DNA of 64,000 bases from Neocallimastix sp. 'constans' (Eukaryota). The notes below the pieces were generated by a model. That model searched no databases, had not been told where the DNA came from, and worked only from the letters and a program-made list of their open reading frames with translations. Below, in pieces: positions 1 through 13,213 of this stretch. The position numbers and the translations under genes were made by a program. Within the stretch, counting starts at the first letter, position 1. Every line of letters begins with the position of its first letter. The DNA lies in NCBI GenBank assembly GCA_050613775.1, contig JBODTK010000131.1, positions 248,001 to 312,000 of the forward strand. The letters run 5' to 3'.

Positions 1-700
1 TCTTTTCTTTTTATACTAATAAAAAAAACTTAAAAAAATTTTTTTAGTTCCATTTTTTTTATTTTTTTTAATTTTTAAATTTTTATTTAAATAATTAAAA
101 AAAAAAAAAAAATAAATTCAAAAATTTGGACCTAAAATCAAAAAATTTTAATTTTTTAATTTTTTTTTTTTTATTATTTAAATTAAATGAATAAATATAA
201 TGAAATATATTATTAATAAAAATAATATATATTAAAGTATTATTTACATATATTATAAATTAATATTATTTTAAACTCTTTTATTGAATTTTATATCAAT
301 AAATAAATGAATATATTATAATACATTACAATATATATTAAAATATTATTTTCATATTTAATAAATTATTTTTATTTTAAATTCTTTTAATTGCTATTTA
401 TGTCCATAAATAAAAAAAAAAAAGATTAAGAATTAATAATAAATAATAAAAATAATTAAATGAGTATTTATTAATAAATAATTAAATAATAAATAATAAA
501 TAATAAATAATAAATAATAAGTAATAAATAATAAATAATAAATAATAAATAATAAATAATAAATAATAAATAATAAATAATAAATAATAAATAATAAATA
601 ATAAATAATAAATAATAATTAATAAAAATAATTAAATAATATAATAATAAATAAATAATGAAAAGAGTATTTATTAATAAATAATAAATAATAAATAATA
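1..700. repeat. Direct-repeat copy of the ankyrin-gene upstream region at ~9935-10825, ending in an (AATAAAT)n microsatellite
   Basis: Near-identical blocks occur in both places: ttttatactaataaaa..acttaaaaaaatt..ttagttcca, ttgg(a/c)actaaaatcaaaaaattttaa and aatgaaaagagtatttattaat. Confidence 0.85.
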
Positions 701-1897
701 AATAATAAAATAAAAAAAATAAAATAAAAAAATAAAAAATTGAAATGAAATATTTTTAATGTTGAGTTGAAAATTATTTAAATTCTAATGTTTTTTGCTT
801 GTAAATTAATTATCATTTCAATTAATTTTAATTTATTTATTTATTTTTTATTTTTATTTTTTGTATTAAAAAAAAAAAAAAAAAATAAATAAATATAAAA
901 ACTATTACTTTCAATTATTATACCCTCTTCCTTAACTAAAAGTGTAACTAACGTAGGAGTACACATTTGAATAACCTTCTTTAAAATAAACCTTTACATA
1001 TTCCATAAAAGGATCTAAGGTTAACGAACGCCTGCCAACAAACATGAATAACAAAAGAATGATTAATTTAGTATACAAATTTACTCTCCCTTAGCGTGAG
1101 TAGAACTATTGTAATAAGTCACCGCGGTATCAAATGAGTTTCTAGCCGAGGAGTTTCCATTTACATAGGATACACCATACCAAAAGGCAGCTTCAAGATA
1201 TTGTCCCTGTTGCATAAAAATTGAAGCTATGGAGGAAGAGGCTGCAGAAATAAAAGAATTCTTCAGCACAGAAACAAAACAACTATCAACTAATTCATTT
1301 TTTAAAAGACACTCACCAAAAGTGCCATATAATTTTTCTGACGACGGCACTGCAGATTTTTCTCCAAAAAAAGCCTCCTCAAATTTTAACAATGCTGTAC
1401 AAGTCTGCCCTGCTTTTTGTAACTCCAAAGCCACGTCATAGATTTCACTTGCTTTTTCTAGAGCCTCTTCGTCGCTTATTTCGCTCAACACAACTTTTTT
1501 CCTTGCTTCTTTGCATCCTGAATGATATGAAGGAAGCATTCCTAAACATAATTTGTAAAATGATTAATTTTTTTTTTATTTATTTATTATTTATTTTAAT
1601 TTTTGAAAAAAAAAATAATATAAAATTATAAATAAGTATAAATATAAATATAAATATAAATATAAATAAATAAATAAATATATAAATATAAATATAAATA
1701 TAAATATAAATATTAAATATAAATATAAATATAAATATTAAATATAAATATAAATATTAAATATAAATATAAATATAAATAGAAATAGAAATAGAAATAT
1801 TAAATATAAATATAAATAAATATATAAATATATATAAATATAAATCTATATTTAAATTATAAAAAAAAAAAAAAAAAAATTTATATATAAATATAAA
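700..1897 (-). repeat. Left arm of a ~1.2 kb inverted duplication (partner ~21706-22900)
   Basis: Reverse-complement identity covers the ORF and its flanks. Homology stops where the Copia LTR begins at 1898. Confidence 0.9.
1081..1539 (-). CDS. Hypothetical 152-aa helical protein, weakly TPR/Sel1-like (copy 1); may be a terminal exon
   Basis: Open ORF that is much more GC-rich than its flanks. Motifs ALLKFEEA and YLEAAFWYGVSYVNG resemble TPR/Sel1 helices. It is preceded by tttag, a possible splice acceptor. Confidence 0.55.
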   Translation of the reverse strand: MLPSYHSGCKEARKKVVLSEISDEEALEKASEIYDVALELQKAGQTCTALLKFEEAFFGEKSAVPSSEKLYGTFGECLLKNELVDSCFVSVLKNSFISAASSSIASIFMQQGQYLEAAFWYGVSYVNGNSSARNSFDTAVTYYNSSTHAKGE

Positions 1898-4800
1898 TGT
1901 TAACTTTATTAATATAAAGTTATATTCTAGCTTAGGTTTAATAAAATATTAAATTAAATTATATTAAATACATTGTAATCATAAATTAAATATAAATTAA
2001 TATGTATCTAGAACAAGCCACAATTAAATATAAATACATGTAATTTTCTCTGTACTTTAAATCTTTGTTAACCATTTATTTATATTCTATAAATAATAAA
2101 TTTATATTAATTAATAAAACAAATTTTAATAGATTAAGAGTCTCAAGCAACCGAAAATGTCTGACAGCGCTGAATGTTTCGTTTACAAGGGTTCCAACTT
2201 CAAAATGTGGAAAAAGCTACTCATTAACATTTTGAAAGCCAAAGATCTCTCTGATTACGCCACAACCAATATTTTCAATGAAGCCGATAGAGACCATGAA
2301 AACTTTGGGGAAATTGATAAAAACAACTCAAAGATTGTTGCCATTAACATCAAGTCTGTGGATGAATCAATTTATCAAGATATTGAGGATTTAGAATCTG
2401 CTTTTGATATGATCAAGAAACTGGAAGAGATTAACCAAGAGGCAGATGAACTAATTGTAGAGAAATTAATAAAGAAACTGAAAATTATGAAGCCTCGAAA
2501 CTATATGGAAGTTTTAAAATGTTTATCTGACATGTTAAACACTTTTAACAAACTTAAAACCGCCAATTACGATATGAGTGAAAATGACAAGATCCAATAT
2601 ATGTTCAAGGCGCTACCAAAGGAATTACAAATTGCTTTCCTGCCTGAACCTGGTAAAACAGCTGAAGAATATTATGATCTCATCAAATCAAGAAATATAT
2701 TTATTAGATGCATGAATGAACAAAAAATAATCAAGCCACAAATTAACCATAATAATCGTAACAATTATAATAACTACGATGATCCCATGGATTTAGACCT
2801 AGTATTTAACAGAAATAATAGGTATAAAAGCCACAGACAAAATAATTCTCAACGAAGAATTCCAAATAAATACTGCCATATTTGTAACCAACGTGGTCAT
2901 TTAACAAATGAATGCCATTACAACGGGAGAACAAACGGAGCCATGAATCAAACTAAATTTAATAATAATAATAATAATGACTATAATAACAGATTTAATA
3001 ACAATAATTATAATAATAATAAATTTAATAATAATTATGATAAAAATAATAATAAAAATTATAAAAATAATAATAAAAATTATAATAAAAATTATAATAA
3101 AAATTATAAAAATCGTAATAATTATATTAATAACATTGAAAATAACAATTTACCTGTTGATTATGATGATGACATAAATTATGAAAATTTAAGTCACATG
3201 ATTAACAATAGTCTTGATAGTGTTGAATTTTTAAATAACTTAAATAAATCTACTCATAACCTTAATAATTATAAAAATGATAAAAATAAATTAAATAAAA
3301 ATTTTAATAATAATCTTAATAATTATGAAAGTAAAAATAATAATTTACATAAAGAACTTAATAATGATATAAATTACACTAATAATTCTAATTATATTAA
3401 TAATTATGATAACAATAACAATTGCCCTACTAATGACAACAACGAATCAACTTGGATCTATGATTCTGGTGCAATTGTTCATATTACAAATGACCGAAGT
3501 TTATTAACTAACTTTAAAAAATACAAAATTAATTTAACATGTGCCAACAATTCTGAAATGGAATTCGAGGGATTTGGTACATACAAAGGCTCAATTAACG
3601 GTTATGACATTACTTTAAGTAAAGTATTTTATTCTAGGCACGCAAACAAAAATTTAATTAGTGGTATACAATTTGCCTACACTGAACTAATATCAATTAC
3701 TAAACTTATTAACAATGAGCCACATCTTATCATTACGGATAATGATAATAATATTATTAATACTTATAGCTCAATTGATGGAAGAAACACATTTAGAATC
3801 AAAATAAACAATAAATATAATAACTTAATTATGAACACCGATAATGATAATCTTTGGCATAGAAGACTTGGTCACTTCTATCACAAAGATTTATCAAAAT
3901 TTATAAAGGAACACACCACAAGTCATAATAACAATGACAATAATTGTATTACTTGTGGAATGGCTAAAATGAAAAGGTTACCTCACAACAGGGTAACTCC
4001 TAAAGCTACCAAGTTATTAGATGTTATCCACTCCGACATTGTTGGTCCTTTCCCGGATTCATTTTTTGGTTTTAAATTCATCATTACTTTCATTGATGAA
4101 TTCTCTAGGAAAGCCTGGATTTTTACTATGAAAAGAAAATCAGATGCCATCGATATTATTATTAATTTTTTCAAATATTTAAATAATATTTTTCCAAATA
4201 ATAAAATTACTAATTTCAAATCGGACCAAGGAAAAGAATATTGTAGTAGAAGAGTCAACAAATTCTGTAAAAAGAATGGTATTAGAAAACTCTATTCTCC
4301 TCCAAGAAATCCTCAAAATAATGGAATTGCTGAACGATTTAATCAAACCATTCTTTATTCCCTAAAATGTTTATTAAGCTGGAGTAAACTCAACATTAAA
4401 TTTTGGGATTTTGCTATACGTTATTCAAAATATCTTTATAATCTTACTCCTCATTCAGGAATAAATAATCAAATTCCCAATGAAGTATTTTATGGTACTC
4501 CCATTCATGTTAATCATATTAAAGTTTTTGGATGCATCACTTATTATAAGGATTTCTCTCCCAAGAAAGGAAAATTAGATCCTAATGCTAAAAAAGGTTT
4601 TTTCTTAGGTTTCAGTAATGATTCTAATTCTTATTTAATAATGGACTATAATAATTTTTCTCTACATCAAGTAAGAGAAGTATTATTTCAAGAAGACACC
4701 CCTGCCTGCATTACTAAAGATATTACAAAAAGAATTTCGCCTTATGTTAAAGACAATAATAATAAATTAAATTTATGTTTAGATTTATCTTTTATCAACA

Positions 4801-5153
4801 AATTATTAAGCAATTATACAAATAATAATATACATAATAATAATGATATCAACAACAATTATGACAATAATGACGATAATTATTTTATTCCTGACAATAA
4901 TAATATCATTAATATTCCTGATAATCCATCTAATAATATTAATATTCATAATAATATTCCTAATAATAATATTAATAATAATAATTATAATAATAATTCT
5001 CCTGATGATTATAATGTTAATAATAATAACTTTAACAATAATTTAAATATTGATAATTATAATATTTCATATCAAAATAATGAAAAATTTTTAATTAATA
5101 AAAATTTGTCAAAAAATGAACAAAATTTAAATTATAATTTCAATAATAATTTT

Positions 5154-5198
<45 letters not shown>

Positions 5199-7175
5199 TT
5201 AATATACGATAAAAATTTTTCAAATAATTTTATTAATTCTAATAACAATAATTTTATTGGCTCAAAAATTCAATACAATGGTAAAAATTTTTCTGATACA
5301 ATAAATTCTGAATTTAATCAAAATTTAGAAAATTTTAATCAAAATACAAATACCAATACAATAACCAATGAAAATTTTTCAAACACCAAAAATTTCTCTA
5401 ATCCAAATTATGTACAAAATTCTAATAATAAAAAATTTTTAATTAATGAAAATTTTAATTCAAAAAATGATCAAAATTTTATTAATAAAAATAATAATAA
5501 TATTAATAATTTTATTAATAATAATTCAAATAATAATAACATAAATATTTATAGAAATAATAAAAGAAAATCCAAATTTTCCAATAATAATATTATTAAA
5601 CACTTCAAACCTAATATTAATAATAATAATATTGATATTTACAATAATAATAATAATCATAATAATATTATTTCTTATAATAATAATCCTAATAATTTTA
5701 ATTACAACAATGATAATTTAATTAATACTATTGAAACTGAAAATGAAGAAGTTCCGAAAACCTATCAAAAAGCTCTCAATTGTGATCATGCCGATGAATG
5801 GGATATTGCTATCCAAGAAGAACTCAAAAATTTATATGATAATAATACAATGACTTTTGTTAAAAAACTACCAAGAGGAAAACAACCAATTTCTACAAGA
5901 TGGGTTTTTGCAATTAAAAAGGATGCAAATAATAAAATTATTAAAAGAAAGGCCAGACTTGTTGCAAGAGGTTTTGCTCAAAGATACGGTATCGATTATG
6001 AACTTACATATAGTCCGACATTAAACGTTGATTGTATAAAATTACTTCTCGCTTTTGCTGCTCAATTTCAATGGACTGTTTATCAATTAGATTTTAAATC
6101 TGCCTATCTAAACGCCGCCTTAGATAAAGAAATTTACACCGAAATTCCTTACGGCGATGAAAACTACGGTAAAGGCTATTGGATTCTAAATAAGGCATTG
6201 TACGGCCTTAAACAATCAGGCCGCCAGTGGAATAAAACCATTACAAAATTTTTAACCGAAAACAAATTTCATCAATCCACCACTGATCCATGTGTTTTCT
6301 TTAAAAAGCAGAAGGAAGAACTAACTTGTATTATAGGACTTTATGTTGATGATATGCTAATTATAGGTGAAAATTTCGAAATTGTTAGAATTGTTTCAAG
6401 AATTAAAGATAACTTTAAGGTATCAAAATGTGGATTTGCTGACTTCATATTAGGAATCAAAATAGAAAGAGAAAATAATGATATTTATATCTCACAAGAA
6501 GCATTCATTGATAATCTATTAAATAAATATAGTATAAATAATAAAAAGAAAATAAAATCACCATGTTCAGTAAATGAAAATAATGAAGATAATGAACCTG
6601 TTGACAAAATAAAATTCAAAAGTATTATCGAATCCTTAATTTATCTTGCAAGATGCACACGTCCAGACATTGCATTTGCTGTTAACTTTGCCGCTAGAAA
6701 ATCAGAAAATCCAACTCAAGCCGATTGGAAAAAAGCTATTAAAATATTAAAATACTTAAATGGAACAAAACATTATAAAATAAGATATGACGGTAAAGGT
6801 AAAATAAATGCACATACAGATTCAGATTTTGCCGGTAATCCAAATGATAGAAAATCTACTTCAGGACACATTATCTTAATGGGTACAAATCCTATTTCAT
6901 GGTATTCTAAAAAACAAACAACTGTCGCAACGTCTACTGCCGAAGCTGAATATTTAAGTACTACAGAATGTATTAAGAAAGTATTACAAATTAAAAATCT
7001 ACTTTATGAATTATTTGGAGAAACTGAAACTATAGACATATACACGGATAATGAAGCAAGCAAAAGTAGCATTGAAGCAGGTCATTTAAATCCAAAGCTT
7101 AGACATATTAGTGTTAGCTACCATTTCAACAATGAAAATATATTAAATAAAAATGTTCAACTAAAATATATTAGA
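1898..7175 (+). mobile_element. Ty1/Copia LTR retrotransposon, 3'-truncated (5' LTR ~1898-2131; no PPT or 3' LTR seen)
   Basis: The LTR starts TGTTAA and ends TTAATA, followed by a PBS and a single gag-pol ORF. RNase H is cut before the ADxxTK motif and runs into a (TTTTTATA)n tract. Confidence 0.9.
2132..2145 (+). promoter_or_regulatory. Primer-binding site complementary to the anticodon arm (positions ~27-40) of tRNA-Lys(CUU)
   Basis: GATTAAGAGTCTCA lies directly after the LTR end. Its reverse complement is TGAGA-CTCTTAA-TC, a stem strand plus a 7-nt loop with anticodon CTT. Confidence 0.75.
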
Positions 7176-7196
7176 ATTTTTATATTTTATATTTAA
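2157..7196 (+). CDS. Copia gag-pol polyprotein (Gag, Zn knuckle, protease, integrase, RT, RNase H) with long Asn-rich linkers
   Basis: Motifs in Copia order: CHICNQRGHLTNEC, WIYDSGA, LWHRRLGH, HSDIVGP..SDQGKEY..NGIAER, KARLVARGF, LYVDD, DSDFAG..RKSTSG, STAEAEY. Confidence 0.97.
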
Positions 7197-7373
7197 TATT
7201 TTATATTTTTATATTTTTATATTTTATATTTAATATTTTATATTTTTATATTTTATATTTTTATATTTTTATATTTTATATTTTTATATTTTTATATTTT
7301 TATATTTTATATTTTATAATTCTTTTTTTTTTTATTTTTTTATTATTTATTTATTTATTTTATTATTTATTTA

Positions 7374-8085
7374 TCTATTAAAATTTTGCGAAATGAAACT
7401 TTTCCGAAATGAAACTTTTGCGAAATGAAACTTTTGCGAAATGAACTTTTGCGAAATGACACAAAAAATTTTGAGAAATGAAACTTTTCCGAAATGAAAA
7501 TTTGCGAGAAATGACACACATTCAAATTGTAAACTTGAAATTATTAAGTAAATTGGCATAAAACTTTTTTCAAAGAATAATTATAAAAGAATTATTCTTG
7601 TTTTTATATTTTTAATTCATTATAAACTATTTATTTAATTAATAAAATTTTAAGATAATTATAAAGTATTTAAAGTATTTCGTATAAAAAGTATAAAATT
7701 AAATATTAAAATTAAAGTATTATAATAATTTTAGAAATTTATTATAAATAATAAGGTATTAATATAAAATAATAACTATTTAAAAGAAGAATATAATAAA
7801 ATAAAATATTAATACAAAATAATATAAAAATAATAAAAAAATAAATTTATAAATTATTTTCACATTTAACAGTAACATAAAATTTATGTTATAAAATTTT
7901 ATGTTTACATTAATTTTTATGTTTTTGTATAATTTTATGTATTTACATAAATTTATTTTTATCACGTTATATTAAATCACGTTTAAATTATATCACGTTT
8001 TAATAATGATTTATTAATTTATTTTTATGTAATTATTAATGAGCAAATTTTATTAATAATTAAAGTTTTTATTGTTATTTTATAC
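7374..8085 (+). mobile_element. Dispersed non-coding repeat with a sharp A|TCTATT terminus and subterminal CGAAATGAAACTTTT tandem repeats (Helitron-like, tentative)
   Basis: Homologous copies at 13214-13828 (+), ~44420-44711 (-), ~45668-45712 (fragment) and ~63241-63830. Confidence 0.6.
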
Positions 8086-8431
8086 CAGTTACATTTACAA
8101 TATTTTTTTATAATTAACTTTAATTATTATTATTATTCTTTAAATTTTTTTTTTTTTATTTTTTTTATATATTATTTTAATGTAGTTTATATTTTATATA
8201 ATTAAAAAAAGAGTTTTTCCTTGTTTTTTCCTTTTTTTTTCAAATTTTTTTTATTATACATTCCATTTTTTATTATTATTATTATTAGCAATAAAAGAAT
8301 TTTTAATAAATTCTGCTGTATAAATAAAAGATAGTAAATTCTAATCTTTATTGTTTATAATAATTAATAATATAAAAATATTCTTATAATGAAGAGAAGG
8401 GAAAGAAAAAGATTTTATGAAATTAATAAAT

Positions 8432-9730
8432 TTAACTTAATAAATACTTTATTAATTCTATATTTCCATTTTTACATGCAATTAATAATGGGGTGTCTCC
8501 ATCTTTATTTTTCTTATTGATATTCATTCCATAATGAATCAATTTTTTAACTTCTTCAATATTACCTTGCTTACATTCAGAGGTTAATAAGGTTTCATTA
8601 TTATCTCTTTTCTTCTTAATTTTTTCAATTATATAATTCTTCTTTTCCAATTTTTTTTCTTCTTTTTCCTCTTTTTCTATTCTCAGTAATTCCAAATCTT
8701 TTTTTATTTTTTCTTTCTCTTTTTTTTCTTTTTCCAATTCTATTTCTGTTATTTCATTTTCAATTTCTAATACTTCATAATCCCTATTTTCATTTTCTAT
8801 TCTTTCATTCTTATTAAATTCATTAAATTTTTTCAAAAAGTAACTGTTTCTGCTGAATATTACTTCAATTATATTTTTATTTTTACAAAAATTGATTAAT
8901 TCGATAAATTTAGAATTTATTTCTGAAATATTCTTTAATTTACAAAGCGGATATTTTTTCGAAATCATATTTTCAATATCATTTTCATCAATTCTTAATT
9001 TTATTTCTTTTTCTATGGAATATTCCACCAGCAATTTAAACATTTCAATATTATTATTTTGTATTGCCCCAAATATTGGAGTATATCCATCTTCATTTTT
9101 TTCATTTAATTTCAAAATAATTTTATTTTTATTGGCATAATCTATTAACAATTGAACCATTTCAACATTATTGTAATAAGTGGCAACTAAAAGTGGATAC
9201 CATCCATATTCATTTTTTTCATTTAATTCTAAAATAATTTTATTTTCAGTGGCATAATCTATTAACAATTGAACCATTTCAATATTATTACGATTAGTGG
9301 CTTGTAAAAGTGGATACCATCCATATTCATCTTTTTCATTTAATTCCAAAATAATTTTATTTTCAGTGGCATAATCTATTAACAATTTAACTATTTTAAT
9401 ATTATTATTATCAATGGCTTTTAAAAGTGGATAATAATTTTCATAAAAAAGTGGATACCATCGATATTTATTTTTTTCATTTAATTCTAAAATAATTTTA
9501 TTTTCAGTGGCATAATCTATTAATAATTGAACCATTTCAATATTATTACAAGAAGTGGCATATAAAAATGGATAATTTCCATCTTCATCTTTTTCATTTA
9601 ATTCTAAAATAATTTTATTTTCTGTGGCATAATCTAAAATAGTTTTTACTTTTTGAGTATTGCCACTTCCAATTTCCTTATTAAGTTCTTCTTTCAAATC
9701 TTTTTTACTTTTATCAATAAATAAATCCAT
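8432..9730 (-). CDS. Ankyrin-repeat protein with a Lys/Glu coiled-coil segment
   Basis: Repeated YPLLxA..NNIEMVQLLIDYA..LNEK units and a C-terminal GDTPLLIACKNGNIELIKYLL. Confidence 0.9.
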   Translation of the reverse strand: MDLFIDKSKKDLKEELNKEIGSGNTQKVKTILDYATENKIILELNEKDEDGNYPFLYATSCNNIEMVQLLIDYATENKIILELNEKNKYRWYPLFYENYYPLLKAIDNNNIKIVKLLIDYATENKIILELNEKDEYGWYPLLQATNRNNIEMVQLLIDYATENKIILELNEKNEYGWYPLLVATYYNNVEMVQLLIDYANKNKIILKLNEKNEDGYTPIFGAIQNNNIEMFKLLVEYSIEKEIKLRIDENDIENMISKKYPLCKLKNISEINSKFIELINFCKNKNIIEVIFSRNSYFLKKFNEFNKNERIENENRDYEVLEIENEITEIELEKEKKEKEKIKKDLELLRIEKEEKEEKKLEKKNYIIEKIKKKRDNNETLLTSECKQGNIEEVKKLIHYGMNINKKNKDGDTPLLIACKNGNIELIKYLLS

Positions 9731-10349
9731 AATTTTTAAATTTTTTTTTATTACTATTCAATTATTATTTTTTATACTTTTTTATATATATTTTTTTTTT
9801 GAAGTTTCTAATAAAAGAATGAAATTATTTATAATTTATGTTTAATTTTTTTTTATAATTTATTATTAAAATTATTATTATTATTTTTTTTTTTTATTAA
9901 ATTATTTTATGAATTTAAAAAAAAAATTTTTTTTTTTCTTTTTATACTAATAAAAATAACTTAAAAAAATTTTTTTAGTTCCATTTTTTATTTTTTTTTT
10001 CCATTTTTTTTAAATTTTTATTTAAATAAGTAAAAAAAAAAATTCAAAAATTTGGAACTAAAATCAAAAAATTTTAATTTTTTTAATTTTTTTATTTCTA
10101 TTTTTATTATTTAAATTAAATGAATAAATATAATGTAATATATTATTATTATATATAATATATATTAAAGTATTATTTACATATATTATAAATTAATATT
10201 ATTTTAAATTCTTTTATTGAATTTTATATCAATAAATAAATGAATATATTATAATACATTACAATATATATTAAAATATTTACATATTTAATAAATTATT
10301 TTTATTTTAAATTCTTTTAATTGCTATAAATAAAAAAAGGATTAAGAAT

Positions 10350-11715
10350 TAATAATAAATAATAAATAATAAATAATAAATAATAAATAATAAATAATAA
10401 ATAATAAATAATAAATTATAATAAATAAATAAATAATAAATAATAAATAATAAATAAGTAATAAATAATAAATAATAAATAATAAATAATAAATAATAAA
10501 TAATAAATAATAAATAATAACTAATAAATAAATAATAAATAATAAATAATTAAATAATAAATAATTAAATAATAAATAATAATAATATATAATAAATAAT
10601 AATTGAATAATAAATAATAACTAATAAATAATAAATAATAATAATATATAATGAATAATAATTGAATAATAAATAATAAATAATAAATAATAAATAATAA
10701 TAATATATAATGAATAATAATTGAATAATAAATAATAAATAATAAATAATAAATAATTGAATAATAATAAAAATAATTAAATAATATAATAATAAATAAA
10801 TAATGAAAAGAGTATTTATTAATGAATAATAAATAATAAATAATTGAATAATAAATAATAAATAAATAATAAATAATAAATAATTAAATAATAAATAATT
10901 AAATAATAAATAATAAATAATAAATAAATAATAAATAATTAAATAATAAATAATTAAATAATAAATAATAAATAATTGAATAATAAATAATTAAATAATA
11001 AATAATAATAATATATAATAAATAATAATTGAATAATAAATAATAACTAATAAATAATAAATAATAATAATATATAATGAATAATAATTGAATAATAAAT
11101 AATAAATAATAAATAATAAATAATAATAATATATAATGAATAATAATTGAATAATAAATAATAAATAATAAATAATAAATAATAAATAATAAATAATTGA
11201 ATAATAAATAATAAATAAGTAATAAATAATAAATAATAAATAATAAATAATAAATAATAAATAATAAATAATAAATAATAACTAATAAATAATAAATAAT
11301 AATAATATATAATAATAATTGAATAAAAAATAATAAATAATAAATAATAAATAATAAATAATAAATAGTAAATTAATAATAATATATAATAAATAATAAT
11401 AATATATAATAAATAATAATTGAATAATAAATAATAAATAATAAATAATAAATAATAAATAATAAATAATAAATAATAAATAATAAATAATAAATAAAAA
11501 ATAAATAATAAATAATAAATAAATAATAAATAAATAATAAATAAATAAATAATAAATAATAATAATATATAATAAATAATAATTGAATAATAAATAATAA
11601 ATAATAAATAATAAATAATAAATAGTAAATTAATAATAATATATAATAAATAATAATATATAATAAATAATAATATATAATAAATAATAATTGAATAATA
11701 AATAATAAATATAAT
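10350..11715. repeat. Long degenerate (AATAAAT)n microsatellite
   Basis: Directly visible in the sequence. Confidence 0.95.
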
Positions 11716-12632
11716 AATGATAACATAAATTGTATTTTTTTTATTTTTTTAAAATATTTTATCTTTTTCTTTCATAATAGATTTTATTTAAAGAGAGAGT
11801 ATAATAAAATGAAAATATTTTCTAATTCAATCATTTTAAATTTAATTTTATTTTTCAGAGACATAAATTCTATTAAAATATTAATTATTTCAATATTTTT
11901 ATAAATAATTGATGATAAACCGTTGACATCATCCATATTCATATTCATATTTTTATTTGTATATTTATTTATTTTACATTTTATTTTGTAATTCTACAGG
12001 AGTTTGTATTATATAAAGTTTATAATGATAAAATTATAAATAAAAAAAAAACATCTTTTCACTTTGAAATTTTTGAAAAATGGGAAAAAAAATATACATG
12101 GATATTTATTTATAGAAGTGAATGATTAAAATATAAAAAATTAAAATAAAAAACAATTAAATAAAACCAAAATGAGATGTAAAAAAAAATAAAATAAAAT
12201 AAAATTTTAAAATAAAAAGCCTATTAAATTTATATATTTATGGTTATATTTAAATATTTTAATTATAAAAAATTATTAAATAACAACACATCAAAATAAA
12301 AATTAATAAAAAAAAAATATTTTAAAATAAAAATAAATTTTTTTTAAATATAATTTTTTTTTAAATATAATTTTTTTTTTGTTCTTAATTTTTTATTTAA
12401 TTATGAAAAAAAAAATTTTTACATTATTATCTATAATAGAAGAATTTTTAATAAATTCTGTTGTAAAAAAAAAAAATTATAATTTCTAATTATTTTTTAT
12501 AATAAATAAAATAAAATAAAAATATAAAGAAAAGGGTTTTTTAAAATAAAAATAAAAAATTATAATTTCTAATTTTTTTTTATAATAAATAAAATAAAAT
12601 AAAATTATGAAGAAAAGGGCTTTATAAAATAA

Positions 12633-13206
12633 TCACTTAATAAATATTTTATTAATTCTATATTTCCATTTTTACATGCAATTAATAATAGTGTATCTCC
12701 ATCTTTATTTTTCTTATTGATATTTCATTCCATAATGAATTAATTTTTTTTTAACTTCTTTAGTATTACCTTGATTAATAAGATCTCATTATTATCTCTT
12801 TTATTTTTAATTTTTTTCCATTATATAATTCTTTCTTTCCAATTTTTTCTTTTCTTTTTCTTATTTTATTTTTCGTTCATTTTCCAATTTTGATTTCAGT
12901 AATTCATTTTCTTTTTTCAATTCTATTTTCATTAATTCATTTTCAATTTCTAATACTTCACATTTCTTACACTCATTTTCTATTCTTTTATTCTCATTAA
13001 TTTCATTAAATTTTTTCAAAAAGTAACTGTTTTTGTTGAATATTACTTCAATTATATTTTTATTTTTTACAAAAATAGATTAATTTTATAAATTTAGAAT
13101 TTATTTCTGAAAAACTTTTTAATTTACAAAGCGGAATTTTTCCGAAAACATATTTTCAATATCATTTTCATCAATTATAAATTTTATTCCTTTTTTTATG
13201 GAATAT
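12633..13206 (-). pseudogene. Frameshifted 3' fragment of a paralogue of the 8432-9730 ankyrin gene
   Basis: Aligns by eye to ~8432-9023 with indels and is cut off at the TCTATT repeat terminus at 13214. Confidence 0.85.
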
Positions 13207-13213
13207 TTATTTA

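Noticed and set aside
11373..11726. Hydrophobic 117-aa ORF and similar short I/L/F/Y-rich ORFs (e.g. 7780-7965, 20820-21092, 41193-41393, 47086-47292)
   Set aside because: These are translation artefacts of AT microsatellites and homopolymers.
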